DNA of 64,000 nucleotides from Eledone cirrhosa (GCA_964016885.1 OZ024763.1:24738001-24802000), one strand, 5' to 3'. Shown: positions 14,491 through 26,794, numbered from the stretch's first letter. The notes: generated by a model from the sequence alone, not told the origin. Numbers and translations are program-made.

Positions 14491-14533
14491 GCCACTGAAG
14501 AGGTCACAGAATGTGTGACGAAAGAACTTTGAC
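14491..14533 (+). ncRNA. Hammerhead motif, family H3, in fold-back element 14245-14690
   Basis: GCCA-CTGAAGA-G-GTCACA(GAATG)TGTGAC-GAA-AGAACT-T^TGAC. Confidence 0.65.
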
Positions 14534-15151
14534 AATATATGAACAACCGTCCGGTTGTGGAACCAACCAAACAACTGAAAATTTATAAATTCTTAAATTT
14601 ATAAATTTAATTTATAATAAATTGGAGTGAAAGCAACTGGTGCGTGTGTTTCTTATTGGAAACATGACCCTCCCAAAGTATAACAATATATATATATATA
14701 TATATAAACGAAGAAAATGTGAACCAGGTGGACCATAACGCAGTAGAGTACTCAATACTTAGGGCAGTAGACTGGGTAATAGGAAAAGAGCCAGGACCAC
14801 GACGGCTGAGCTCCGAACATTTGGATGTAGCTGTCGAAACGGCTGGAACTCATCCGTCGGGGTCTTGACTCTTTTTATATATATAAACTACATTTACTGC
14901 TATATACAGCACACAGTCTACATCTCTAAAGAATTTATTGCCACGCCAAGTATATTTACTTATATAGGTATTAGTAGAACACTGGAGCGTTATATCCGTA
15001 GTAGTAGAGTTTGGTAGAATTATTTCCACAACAGTTAGTTCACCATACCGAGAACAAAGGTTTCACCTTATGCGGATCTTCAGCTTGATCCGTAAAGATT
15101 TAAACATTTGTTCTCGTCGGTATAGTGAACTAACTGTTGTAGAACTACTTC

Positions 15152-15177
<26 letters not shown>

Positions 15178-15182
<5 letters not shown>

Positions 15183-15210
15183 AAGGACTAGCGGTCCGAA
15201 ACGTTAAGAC
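15178..15210 (+). ncRNA. Family H2 hammerhead, 5'-truncated at the (TA)n junction
   Basis: (TA)n-TGATGA-AGGAC(TAGCG)GTCC-GAAACGTT-AAGAC, lacking C3 and the 5' strand of stem I. Confidence 0.55.
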
Positions 15211-15289
15211 CCCTTTCTGCTATTTCAAGCGTTGACCTAATATATTCCTTCCATATATTGTACCGATTGTATTGTTATTTCTATTTGCC

Positions 15290-15377
<88 letters not shown>

Positions 15378-16486
15378 CATTATATTATCAACATCGATTT
15401 TACGTCAATTTTTCCGTATTCGCATGGGTTGGATGGATATATAAATATGTGTGTGTATGTGTGTGACCGTCTATATGTGTGTGTGACATCTATAGATGTC
15501 TGTATATCTATAACCGTGTGTGTGTGTGTGCGTGTGATATTTGCTCTTCACAAGTTTATTTTTTATAGATCTACTTTTTCCTTTCCTCACTCTTAAATTC
15601 GTTGTAAATTCTATCAATTTAAATTCATCTTTCTTCCTATTTTCCAGATTCCAGATTTCTGATTCCAAAATTCACAAATTACCTCCCCTGCCCATTCAAC
15701 TCTCCTGTGTTCCAACTTCCATCTATTCAATACTGAAGGGACAAGGTCATTATTCTATATTGTAAGTGCCATAAACAGCTTCTATCTATTCTTTGCATGT
15801 CTATATTTGTAGGTTTGCTGTACCTTTTATATTTATTTAATCTTTCAAATTCCATCACCAACATAGCGAAAAATGTAAATAAATGTTCTAAAAAGTAATA
15901 TACGGATATATATATATATATATACCCTCCCCCCGTTAGACCTGTGCAAAATTCCTTCCTTGCTCACATTCCAACCAGGTTTGATGGTCTTTATTCTCTT
16001 TCGTTCACGATTTCACCGAACTTATATTCATGAAAATTTTTGGACTTGACTCGCTCTTCCTCACTTTTCGTTGCTTCACCATCTTTGTTTGTTTACACTC
16101 TCGCTGTTCCCTTTATTTACATGTCCCAACGACTTTCTTTAGCCGATGCTCGCACCAACCGGAGGTATATGGTCTTTAAAGCGAAGAAATACCGATGATG
16201 GTTGGAAGATCACTGATGAAGGACCAGTTTATTCATATGTAACCCATTTGCAACTCCGCAGCACGTTTATTCTCATATATATATATATATATGGGGGGGG
16301 GGGGGGTTATTCATGTGTGTATGTATAGATATAGTTATGTATACATACATATATATATATACATGTATACATATATATATATAGATACATATATATATGT
16401 ATGTATATATGTATACATACATATATATGTGTGTATACATGTATACATATATATATATATATATGTTTAAATGTATATATATATAT

Positions 16487-16517
<31 letters not shown>

Positions 16518-16609
16518 CATATATGCAAGCCATATATATATATATACATATATATTTATATATATATATATACATATATGTATATATATATATATGGCTT
16601 GCATATATG

Positions 16610-16640
<31 letters not shown>

Positions 16641-16683
16641 ATATATATATATACATTTTATACACACATATGTATATACGTAC

Positions 16684-16779
<96 letters not shown>

Positions 16780-17194
16780 AAAGTTTCCTGGATAACTGTT
16801 AATGTTTTTTGAATCCTCAATAATGACACCTTTCACCTGGCAGATACAACATTGATAACATATCAGATATATTGTAATGTGGGGCGGAGGGGGCGAGACC
16901 CCTAGGGCGGAGATATCGTGTGATGGGTTGAGGTTTTGATACACACACACACGCACTCACATACACCCACACTGACTCATGCACACTCAGTGATACACTC
17001 ACTGTCACACACACACATGTAAATCTACACTGAGACACACAGACACACACACACACACACACACAGCGAATGTTTCTTGCACTGACACATACACACACAC
17101 AGTGTTACCTGCACTGACACACACACACTCATGCAAACATACACTGAGTCATATATGCTCAGTGATGGACTGACTGTTACACACATACATACAT

Positions 17195-17229
<35 letters not shown>

Positions 17230-18195
17230 ACACATACAATACACACACCGATACACACTCTCAAACACAACCACACGCAAAGAAACATACACTGACACAC
17301 ACACAAAGTGATACACCTAACTCACACACACACACTTACACACACACACACTGACACATACACACACACACACTGACACACACACACTAACACACGCACG
17401 CAATGACACACATTGATACACAGACACAGACAAACACACACTAGCGTACACACAGAAAAACACCCTGACACCCGCTCAAAGCGTGTTCCATGAGCAGCGC
17501 TGGCCCCCTTCCACCCTCTACCCGCACCACTGCCACCGCCACCACTACACCACCACCATCATTGCCACCACCACCACCACTACACCACCACCACTGCCAC
17601 CATCACCACCACTACAACACCACCACGACAACCATAACAACCCCCACCACCATCACCACCACACCCCGTAAACCTCCCCGCCATCGTCATAACCACCACC
17701 ACCATCACCCCCCCCCCCCCCAAGTCCCCCCCACCATCGTCATAATCACAACCACCACCATCACCACCCCCACAACCACCATCACCACATCCACAACCAC
17801 CACCACAAGCCTCCCCACCATCGTCAAAACCCCAATCTCCGCCATCGTCATAAGAAGAACACCTCTCCCTACCACCACCACCACCACCACATAAACACAA
17901 CAGCAGATCGATAAGAAATCAATTGAAACTGTTTCAATAGTCTAAATTATTGGCAATAGTATCAACGTGTTCGACCATTTTCTTATTTCGCCTGCGGGGC
18001 TAAACCGCTGTTGTTTGGCTTTTATATGGGGGTTGTGTGTTGGTTGTTTGGTTGGGGGGGGGGAGCAGTGTGAATTAGGGGTCTTGTGTTATATATATAT
18101 ATGGTTGTGTTCGATTTTATTTGCTCTTCTAGGAGGAAGGTATGTAATTTGGAAGGAGTGGAGGGAGAAAGGAGCAATTCTTTTGAATGAAAAGA

Positions 18196-18247
<52 letters not shown>

Positions 18248-18467
18248 CTGGGATGGACACACGCGTATAACTTGCTGAGTAAGTTCTGTTTAAATTTCTA
18301 TAGAAATTCTTGTCTGATAACTTTAATTTTTGTACCATTTTGTAGAGGGACTGCCAGGTCAAACTTTGATCTGGTCAGTCTCTCAAAATATTCTACGCCT
18401 TTAGGCGAAATAGTTAAACAAAAAAAAAAAAAAGTTTTTTCTTGTTGAAAAGTCAATATTTTTTTAA

Positions 18468-20261
18468 ATGGCCGAAGCTTCTTCACCAAAATTCGAAGGA
18501 GGAAAGGGAAAGATGAACTTACAGCTTCCCCCTGCCACTGTCACAGTAGCAGAGGTCAAGAAGAAAGGTCAGCCAGAGGAAGAATTCTCTTCACCTGTTA
18601 ACCGACAACTTGACGTTGCCATGGCAACACCCCAAAGAATCAGCAGCAACAGCAACAACAACAACAATGCGACGGACGAAAACAACACCAATAACAATAA
18701 CAATAACAACAACAACAAGACCAATAACGGTGACAACAACAACAATGATAACAACAACACCACCAACGACAACAACAACAACACAAACAAACAAAATTTC
18801 TCCTTCGCCGAGACGACAAGGAAAACCCTCGACTATCTGCCAGTAGATATAACAAAAGCGAAGGAGCTACTGGCGGATGCGAAAAAATATATAGTGTACG
18901 GGGAAAATGGTTCATTCACAATCCATTCCCCCCCGGAACTAAAAAGCCAGAGACTCCTAAACACGGTCATGTTTAGGACAATCTCGAACAAAAGTAAAAA
19001 ACCAGCTCAACCATCACAGAGCGAGATAGAGCTGGTTTTAAAAGACGTCATGAAGGACATCACCTTCATTCAGAAGGATAGACTCTACGGGAGTCTATCC
19101 ATTCTCATGAAGGACAGGGACACAGCAGTGAAACTGTCCATCAAACCAATCACATCCACCGCATACACCTTCTACCCTACGTACATGGGTAGAAGAACAC
19201 AAAAAATAAAAATCCACACCATCCTGCCGATTATGGACATATGGTGGGTTTTGACAGGTTTTCTGGACCTGGAGGATGACATGCTGGTGTCTATGGGAAA
19301 GGCATCGGGTGACGCGTTCAGTGGAACGAGCCTCGAACTTGTAGTTCAAATGAGGCCCGAAAGGATCGCCCAGATCCCTGAACGCGTCATACTGGATGAT
19401 CTAACCTTCATCAACATTACCGTTGAGGGTAGACGGCCCTCGTGTTACCTCTGCGGAACCAGAGGTCACCTGAGGGCTGTCTGTCCCCAACTTAATAAGA
19501 AAACCCCAATCCTGCCTACACCACCAACAACTGCACAACCAACACAATCACCACAACTACCACTACAAAAACAACCACCACAGCTCAAACCAAAACAAAA
19601 CAATGTCCAACCCATCCCCTCCACTCAAAAAACAAAAACAATTTCCAAAACACCCGTACCGCAAACACAACCCGAAAATATACCCCTCCCCTCCAACGCG
19701 GAAGATGACCCTAGTTCGTCGTCAGACGAGGAGGAGCACTTCCACACAATCAAAAGAAAAAAAAGAAAACACACCTCAGACACACAAATGAAAAAAACCC
19801 CTCCCCAAAACATGACACTGACACCAACACAAAAGAGCTCACAACAGCAAACAAAAAACACCACACAAAAACAAAAACATGCATACACATACATAAATAC
19901 AAGAAACAAAAAACTGTTAAACATTGTGTACAACAACAATCTAATAAAAACACAAGGGCCTAACTTCACCCAGGCAGGGGATTTCCCCCACCTCAAAATG
20001 ATTAAGGCCCCACAGGACACCTATAAAACTTTAAAAAACAATTTTAAAGAGGACGTGGGTCCCCCCTGCGTCGGGCCCATTAACCGCGTCCTCCTAAAAA
20101 ACTATCCCACCCCCTCCCCAAACACCCACACAACTCCAAGCTCCCCAACCACACAACACACTGATGCCCCCACACTTCCACAAACCACCACCCCACCCAA
20201 CAACCCATCCCCCACCCTAATGGAAATTGTGCAGCCCGATACCCGGGACGCAGAGAGGTAA
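18468..20261 (+). CDS. LINE ORF1p (gag-like nucleic-acid chaperone), 597 aa
   Basis: Uninterrupted ORF with zinc knuckle CYLCGTRGHLRAVC (CX2CX4HX4C), an N-terminal poly-Asn tract, a Pro/Gln/Thr-rich C-terminus and a basic KRKKRK motif. Confidence 0.88.
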   Translation: MAEASSPKFEGGKGKMNLQLPPATVTVAEVKKKGQPEEEFSSPVNRQLDVAMATPQRISSNSNNNNNATDENNTNNNNNNNNNKTNNGDNNNNDNNNTTNDNNNNTNKQNFSFAETTRKTLDYLPVDITKAKELLADAKKYIVYGENGSFTIHSPPELKSQRLLNTVMFRTISNKSKKPAQPSQSEIELVLKDVMKDITFIQKDRLYGSLSILMKDRDTAVKLSIKPITSTAYTFYPTYMGRRTQKIKIHTILPIMDIWWVLTGFLDLEDDMLVSMGKASGDAFSGTSLELVVQMRPERIAQIPERVILDDLTFINITVEGRRPSCYLCGTRGHLRAVCPQLNKKTPILPTPPTTAQPTQSPQLPLQKQPPQLKPKQNNVQPIPSTQKTKTISKTPVPQTQPENIPLPSNAEDDPSSSSDEEEHFHTIKRKKRKHTSDTQMKKTPPQNMTLTPTQKSSQQQTKNTTQKQKHAYTYINTRNKKLLNIVYNNNLIKTQGPNFTQAGDFPHLKMIKAPQDTYKTLKNNFKEDVGPPCVGPINRVLLKNYPTPSPNTHTTPSSPTTQHTDAPTLPQTTTPPNNPSPTLMEIVQPDTRDAER

Positions 20262-20285
20262 GTGCCTTTTCTCTTCACCACCAAC

Positions 20286-23200
20286 ATGGCTATGCTAAGA
20301 GTAGGCTGTTTAAATGCGCGTGGCCTGGGCTCAACTTGGAAGCAAGCAATGCTTCTAAATGACCTCAGGTCACAACGTATAGATGTGATGGTTATTTGCG
20401 AGGCCCGGATCAGCAACGTGCGACAGCTGGCCCCCACCTTTGATGACTTTGAGATGCACGCATCTCTCTGTCAGCCCGGAGGTGGGGGTGGAGTTGTCGT
20501 TCTGCTGCAAAAACATCTGGGTCTCGCAACACAGATGGTACATTTGGACCCGGAGGGTCGACTAGTGGTTCTGGACCTTGGCAGTGGTAAAGGCGGAGCG
20601 TTTAGGTTGGTAGCCGCCTACGGCCCTTTCGGGTCAATGCGGCCGGACTTCTTCCATCGTCTGGAGACTTTTCTGGGGACGTCCCGCTCCTTGCTATTAG
20701 TGGGGGACTGGAATGGTATCCTAGATGCACGCTGGGACTACGTAGGGGCCTGCGCCGATAGAGAGGGGTGTAATAGCCTCAAAGGGTTAATCGGTCGATT
20801 TGACCTGGCCGATAGATATCGACTAGATTTTCCGACTGCGCCAACCTGGACTTGGGCAAATCGTAGCGGATCATCTAGGTCGTACCTAGATAGGTTCTTA
20901 GTTAGAATTAAGGATAAGGACTTTTTAAGTTGTCCAAAAATGCGCATGGTTGGCTATTCAGACCACAAATTAGTGACCTGCATGGTCAACCTTGACAGAA
21001 CTTATAGACAGGGCCCCGGTTACTGGAAGCTCAACTTGTCCTTGCCGGCAAGTAGAGCCTACAGGAATCGGATTAGTACGTTAGTTAAGGAACGGTTGAC
21101 TGGAGCGATCGTCAACAGCAGGTGGTGGGTATCTCTAAAGAGAGAGATTAGAGTAGTCTCGATAGAATTTAGTAAGGTTCTAGCTGCGGATAGGAATAGG
21201 AAGGAAAGGGAGCTAATAGATAGAGTAGAAGAGGCAATTAGAAGCGGCGACGTGGCCAGAGTGCTAGCGTCGAGAACGGCTTTGAGCCAGTTTTTCGACG
21301 CGAAGCACGAAGGCTGCGTTGTCCGAAGTAAAATACGTGCTCTAGGGAACGAGGGGACCAAAGCTGTTAGCTGGGCCCGCGTGACAGAGGCCAACAGTGG
21401 AACTAAATCCACCATCCGGTCTTTGCGAGACCTGGATGGACGGGCGATTCTTGGGCCTAAGCAGATGTGTGAGGCCTTTCAAAGGCACTTTGCCCGACTG
21501 TTCGGGAGGGGCGGGGAGCCGGTTGGGAACGTGGACTTCGGTCCATACCTCGACGGCCTGCCGCGCCTCTCGGACAGGGAGGCGAAGTCCTGCGAGGAGC
21601 CGATTTCGGCCGCTGAGATAGAGGACGTGCTGAGCCAATGCGGCAAACGCAAATCCCCGGGTCTCGATGGTCTTCCTTACGAATTATATCTAGCTATGCC
21701 GGACTTGTTCCCCGATCTCCTCGAGGCGGTCTACTGCAACTGGCAACAGAATGGGAGAATTCCCTGTACTGTGACCAAGGGCGTAGTCACGCTAGTGAGG
21801 AAGGACGAGAACAAGGGGGACGAAATAAGTAACTTCAGGCCCATAACTCTGCTAAATACAGAGTTACAGATTTTGGCCAAGGTGCTAGCAAAGAGGTTGG
21901 CGCTTGTCGTGGGCAACCTGGTGGGAGATGCGCAGACATGCGCTATCCCGTCCAGGTCCATCCATGACAACCTCCACCTCATGCGATACATCATAGAGAG
22001 GGTTGGGAACGAACCCGGCTTTGGTGGGGCTCTGATCAACTTGGATCAATCTAAGGCGTTCGATAGGGTCGACCATGGTTACCTGGATGCGGTGCTAGCG
22101 GCGGCAGGCTTCGGACCCGTTTTCAGGGGCTGGATCACTGCTATGCACAGCAGCCGCATCTGCTCTAGGGTCAAGGTGAACGGCTACCTCTCGGAGCCGT
22201 TCAAAATCGCGCGGTCCATCCGACAGGGGTGCCCTCTCTCCTCCCTTCTGTATGTGTTGACTCTCGAGCCACTACTGCGGAAGTTGGAGTTGTTGCAGGG
22301 CATCCCTTTGGAACCGGGATTGCGGAAAGCGGTGTTGGCCTACGCCGATGACGTGACAGTAATGGTGTCGACGGCCTCCGAAATCGAGGCGGTCGGCACC
22401 TTACTGGAGGAGTACGAAAAGTTCACAGGGGCTAAGCTGAACCGGGACAAGTCGATCGGTTTGCAACTCGGCACGTGGAGGGGCAGACCGATGCCCTCCG
22501 ATGGCGTCGTCGGATGCTGGACGGAGGGCCCGGTGAAGTTGCTCGGGGTCTGGTTCGGACCGGACCTCCAGGTGGAGAAAAACTGGGCGGAGGTTACGAA
22601 CAGGGTGTTTGCACTGACCCAGAAGTGGGCCAGTTGCAAACTATCCCTGAAAGGTCGGGCGGAGGTGGCGAACACCTACATAGCGTCCGTCATCTACTAC
22701 CGCCTGACCGTAGTGCCCTGCCCAAGGGAAACCCTCACCAAGATGGAGCGCGCGCTCTTCCAATTCCTTTGGAAGAGGCGGGCTCCTATGGTGAGGAGAT
22801 CCATCTGCTGTCAACACCCTTCGAAAGGAGGGCTGGGGATGCCGTGGCTAATGATGCGTAAACACGCATTAAGGCTACGGCACCTCTACGTATTCCTCAC
22901 CGGACAACCGGTGTGGGCCTCGTTTGTGAGGCGAACCTTTCCCAGACTCGTCTCACTCACCGAGCTGCAATCCTGGGTCAAGCAAAGACCGAGAAAACTG
23001 GGCGCCTGGCACACTGAGTGTGCCCAGGCGCTCACCGCCCTCTGGCAGGCGGATCCGGTTATCAGTGGAGACTCCACCGCAACATTCTATAGAGGGCTGG
23101 TACGCAGCAGGTGCGACGACGCCCTCGGAGAAGCCCTAGACATGGAGGAGGACGAACTGGCCAGCCTGTTCGGTAGGACATTCAGCCCGGGACCTATGGA

Positions 23201-23723
23201 CAACTTCCAGAAGTCCCTGGCCTGGCAGTGCTACCGAGGGGCTTTACCCGTTCGAGAAAGGCTCTACAGACACGGGCGCCCGGGTAGGGACCCCGCCAAA
23301 AAGATCTGTCCCAGATGCGTGTGCGACGAGGAAACCGTTGCACACGCATTGGTACACTGCTCGGGCGTAGCCGATCTGTGGGGCTATGTCGAACAACTGC
23401 TGTCAAGGGTGGAACCGATCCGGTTGACCACCGAGTCTATTGTAATGATCAAGCCGCCTCCCCCCTTCAAAGATGAAGCAGAGGCGGTGTTTCTGTGCGT
23501 AATAGCCATGGCGAAAGAGGTTGTATGGTGGACGCGTCTGAAAGGACTGAGGTCAGGCACCTTTCTCTCTGGCCAACAACTGGTCCGTTTCTTCCGATAT
23601 CATTTCGGAAGAAGGATCAGGATGGAGAGAGAGGTGCTGCACCCCAGCCGTTTCTATGAAAGATGGGTGAAAGTGGCGAGAATGGCCCGTGTGAATGGGC
23701 CTTCACTCTACATCAGACTATAG
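20286..23723 (+). CDS. LINE ORF2p: APE endonuclease + reverse transcriptase + C-terminal zinc finger
   Basis: APE motifs LNARGL, GDWN, SYLDRF and SDH; Tx1-like GYWKLN; RT motifs KSPGLDG, FRPITLLN, DQSKAFDRV, RQGCPLS and AYADD; CPRC...HALVHC finger. The first ATG is at 20286 in the context ccaacATGG, and the frame is open from 20262. Confidence 0.96.
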   Translation: MAMLRVGCLNARGLGSTWKQAMLLNDLRSQRIDVMVICEARISNVRQLAPTFDDFEMHASLCQPGGGGGVVVLLQKHLGLATQMVHLDPEGRLVVLDLGSGKGGAFRLVAAYGPFGSMRPDFFHRLETFLGTSRSLLLVGDWNGILDARWDYVGACADREGCNSLKGLIGRFDLADRYRLDFPTAPTWTWANRSGSSRSYLDRFLVRIKDKDFLSCPKMRMVGYSDHKLVTCMVNLDRTYRQGPGYWKLNLSLPASRAYRNRISTLVKERLTGAIVNSRWWVSLKREIRVVSIEFSKVLAADRNRKERELIDRVEEAIRSGDVARVLASRTALSQFFDAKHEGCVVRSKIRALGNEGTKAVSWARVTEANSGTKSTIRSLRDLDGRAILGPKQMCEAFQRHFARLFGRGGEPVGNVDFGPYLDGLPRLSDREAKSCEEPISAAEIEDVLSQCGKRKSPGLDGLPYELYLAMPDLFPDLLEAVYCNWQQNGRIPCTVTKGVVTLVRKDENKGDEISNFRPITLLNTELQILAKVLAKRLALVVGNLVGDAQTCAIPSRSIHDNLHLMRYIIERVGNEPGFGGALINLDQSKAFDRVDHGYLDAVLAAAGFGPVFRGWITAMHSSRICSRVKVNGYLSEPFKIARSIRQGCPLSSLLYVLTLEPLLRKLELLQGIPLEPGLRKAVLAYADDVTVMVSTASEIEAVGTLLEEYEKFTGAKLNRDKSIGLQLGTWRGRPMPSDGVVGCWTEGPVKLLGVWFGPDLQVEKNWAEVTNRVFALTQKWASCKLSLKGRAEVANTYIASVIYYRLTVVPCPRETLTKMERALFQFLWKRRAPMVRRSICCQHPSKGGLGMPWLMMRKHALRLRHLYVFLTGQPVWASFVRRTFPRLVSLTELQSWVKQRPRKLGAWHTECAQALTALWQADPVISGDSTATFYRGLVRSRCDDALGEALDMEEDELASLFGRTFSPGPMDNFQKSLAWQCYRGALPVRERLYRHGRPGRDPAKKICPRCVCDEETVAHALVHCSGVADLWGYVEQLLSRVEPIRLTTESIVMIKPPPPFKDEAEAVFLCVIAMAKEVVWWTRLKGLRSGTFLSGQQLVRFFRYHFGRRIRMEREVLHPSRFYERWVKVARMARVNGPSLYIRL

Positions 23724-24025
23724 GTGAGGAAGATGAAAGACCAAGGGAGCACCCCTTCTCTGTGCTCCTGAGGAGAAGGGTTGCACACTTTTTTCGGGGG
23801 TGTGTGCGACCCCCCAAGGCGCCTCCTCTCTATTGAGGATTTTGTTAAAAATTTTATTTTTTGTTATATCTTATTTTATTTTTATATTTTGTTATTGCCT
23901 CCTCCTTATTGAGGACGCCTTTTTGTGTAAACTCCCCCCTTTGTACTTGTCCCACTTTTGATGCCCTAGTGGCAAATAAAAGAAATATATCTATCTATCT
24001 ATATATCTACCTATCTATCTATCTA

Positions 24026-24057
<32 letters not shown>

Positions 24058-24258
24058 CCTCCCTAACTATCTATCTACCTATATCTAACTAATCTGTCTC
24101 TCTCTCTCTATATATATATATATATAATTGAGTTAAATAACAGGAGGCCGGACTGGTGAAATTCTTTCGAAGATTTATTATACATAACACTATGTACACT
24201 TCAGTGGCCAAGTTCTGTAAGATCCTGGTGATATCATCAGGTGTTTATTGCATAGTAG

Positions 24259-24338
<80 letters not shown>

Positions 24339-24659
24339 ACACTAAAGAAGTGTAAGTCAACAGGTTGACATTAACTTCGTTTATTCATATTCGCTGTAAT
24401 GTATATTTCAGTGATAACCATTATGCTACAGCAATAACCTCATCAGACTGTTAGAATTTGAACAGAAAAAAACAGAAAAACACAACGATGGAATGAAGTT
24501 TACTTCTTTTTTTTTCGATTTTTTTAATATACTCTGTGCTGATGATCTTTTATTCTTTTCGGGTTATAGCTACTGTCGCTCAGAAAGTGGGATTGGCTCA
24601 GTGCACAGTCTTTCCTCACTTTAAAGAATGTCACGTACAGGTATTGCATGATAGATTTA

Positions 24660-24815
24660 ATTAATTGTTTCTACTTTAGGCACAAGGCCAACAATTACCC
24701 AGTACATTACTGGTACTTTATTTTATCGACCCCGTAAGGATGAAAGGCAAAGTCAACCTCGGCGGGATTTGAACTCCTGTAAAGGGACGTAACTGTGCTA
24801 GAAAGCATGGCGTCC
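24660..24815 (-). mobile_element. SINE family A
   Basis: Reverse complement of the family A body and B-box (GGGATTTGAACTC). Confidence 0.8.
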
Positions 24816-24892
24816 ATGGCCACGATAGAATTAATTAATAATTGCTAATAATGGTTTATCGTGCAATGGCCATGCTCGATAACAAGGGGGCA

Positions 24893-24931
<39 letters not shown>

Positions 24932-24995
24932 TATAATGTGAGAGAGTGTGGGAGAGAGAGAGAGCAAAAGTTAAAATATTTTTGCCTGTATGTAC

Positions 24996-25036
<41 letters not shown>

Positions 25037-25048
25037 CACATATGTATA

Positions 25049-25086
<38 letters not shown>

Positions 25087-25146
25087 CGCGATTATCTACA
25101 TACATATACACATATACACGTACACCCAGTCACTCCACGCACACAT

Positions 25147-25229
<83 letters not shown>

Positions 25230-25344
25230 AACAAAAGATGGTTAAAAGAGTTCCATGTATTTTATTATGCGCATTTCAAAAACAAATATCATCATGCAAT
25301 AATATTTGTGTTTTCATCAGTTTAACCTTCATATCATGTCTTCC

Positions 25345-25415
25345 TATTTTATCTGATGAAAACACAAATATTATTGCATGATGATATTTGTTTTTGAAAT
25401 GCGCATAATAAAATA
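25345..25415 (+). ncRNA. Type I hammerhead ribozyme in fold-back element 25222-25451
   Basis: TATTTTAT-CTGATGA-AAACACAAATATTAT...ATGATATTTGTTTTT-GAA-ATGCGCAT-A^ATAAAATA, with 8-bp stem I and palindromic stem III. Confidence 0.8.
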
Positions 25416-25538
25416 CATGGAACTCTTTTAACCATCTTTTGTTCTTATATACTATGTATACAGTCCTACAAACTGTAGAGTGCTTCTTATCCGATATCTG
25501 CATTGCTTTATTGTACTACAATAAAACTCACCTCCTAC

Positions 25539-25610
<72 letters not shown>

Positions 25611-25759
25611 AATTTCCTTTCTGATCACTTCTGATATATTGAACGGATATTAGAAGGACAAATCAACCCTTTCTGTCATGTCGTCGAATGCCTTCATTTA
25701 ATAATCGATATCATTAAGCAATGATCAATAAGGTTGACAATAACAACAACATCAATCAT

Positions 25760-26190
25760 AATGATTTCTAGTATCGGCACAGAGCCAGAAATTTAGGGGG
25801 AGGGGAAAGTCGATTAAATCCACGCCAGTACGTTACTGGTGCTTTATGTTGTCGACACCCGTAAGGATGAAAGGCAAAGTTAACCTCGACGGGATTTGAA
25901 CTCAGAACGTAAAGGGATGTAACTCTACGCCTCAAATCATGGCGGTCCGACCCTCTACTGATACTGCCAATCCACTTCCCTAATAATAATAATAATAATA
26001 ATAATAATTGCTTCTACTTTTGGCACATGGCCAGCAATTAATCCAGTGTATTACTGGTACTTTATTTTATCTACCCCGTAAGGATGAAAGGCAAAGTTAA
26101 CCTCGACTGGATTTGAACTCAAACGTAAAGAGCCGTAACTCTATGCCACAAAGCATGCTGTCTGTCGCTCGACTGATACTGCCAACACAC
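25760..26190 (-). mobile_element. Two tandem SINE family A copies
   Basis: Copies at about 25760-25980 and 26005-26190, separated by an (AAT)n tail. Confidence 0.85.
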
Positions 26191-26194
26191 TAGA

Positions 26195-26794
26195 GGAGCC
26201 CCCCCCCCCCCCGCTAAAATCGTTGGCCATGTGCATAAATCAGAAACCATTTAAGGGCATTAGATTGGCAGTAATCGGTAGAGCATCGGTCCGCATGCTG
26301 AGCGACATAGAGTTACGTCTCTTTACGCTCTGACTTCAAATCCTAACGAGGTTAACTTACTGGGTCAATAAAATAAAGTACCAGTCACGCACTGGGGTCA
26401 ATCTAATCAAAATATTGTTGGCCCTGTGCCTAAAGTAGCAATTATTATTATTTGGTTTGACAGTATCGGTTGAGCGTCAGACACCATGCTTTGCAGCATA
26501 GAGTTACGGCTCTTTACTACGGTCCCAGTCCAAATTCCGTCAAGGTTAGCTTTGCCTTTTATCTTTACAGGGTCGATAAAATAAAGTACCAGTCACGCAC
26601 TGGGGTCAATGTGGATTGGCAGTATCGGTAGCGGGTCGGACGCCATGCTTTGCAGCAAAGAGTTACGGCCCTTTATGGTCTGAGTTCACATCCCGCCGAG
26701 GGTTAATTTTGCCTTTGATCCTTACGGGTTCGATAAAATAAAGTACCAGTAATACACTGGGGTAATTGCTGGCCTTGTGCCAAAAGTAGAAACA

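Larger units (their letters stand above)
18248..23985 (+). mobile_element. Full-length L1/Tx1-clade non-LTR retrotransposon inserted in a (TATC)n microsatellite
   Basis: About 220-bp 5'UTR, ORF1 with a CCHC knuckle, ORF2 with APE-RT-zinc finger, and a 3'UTR ending AATAAAAGAAA (23975-23985). (TATC)n lies on both sides (18196-18247 and 23986 onward). Confidence 0.93.
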
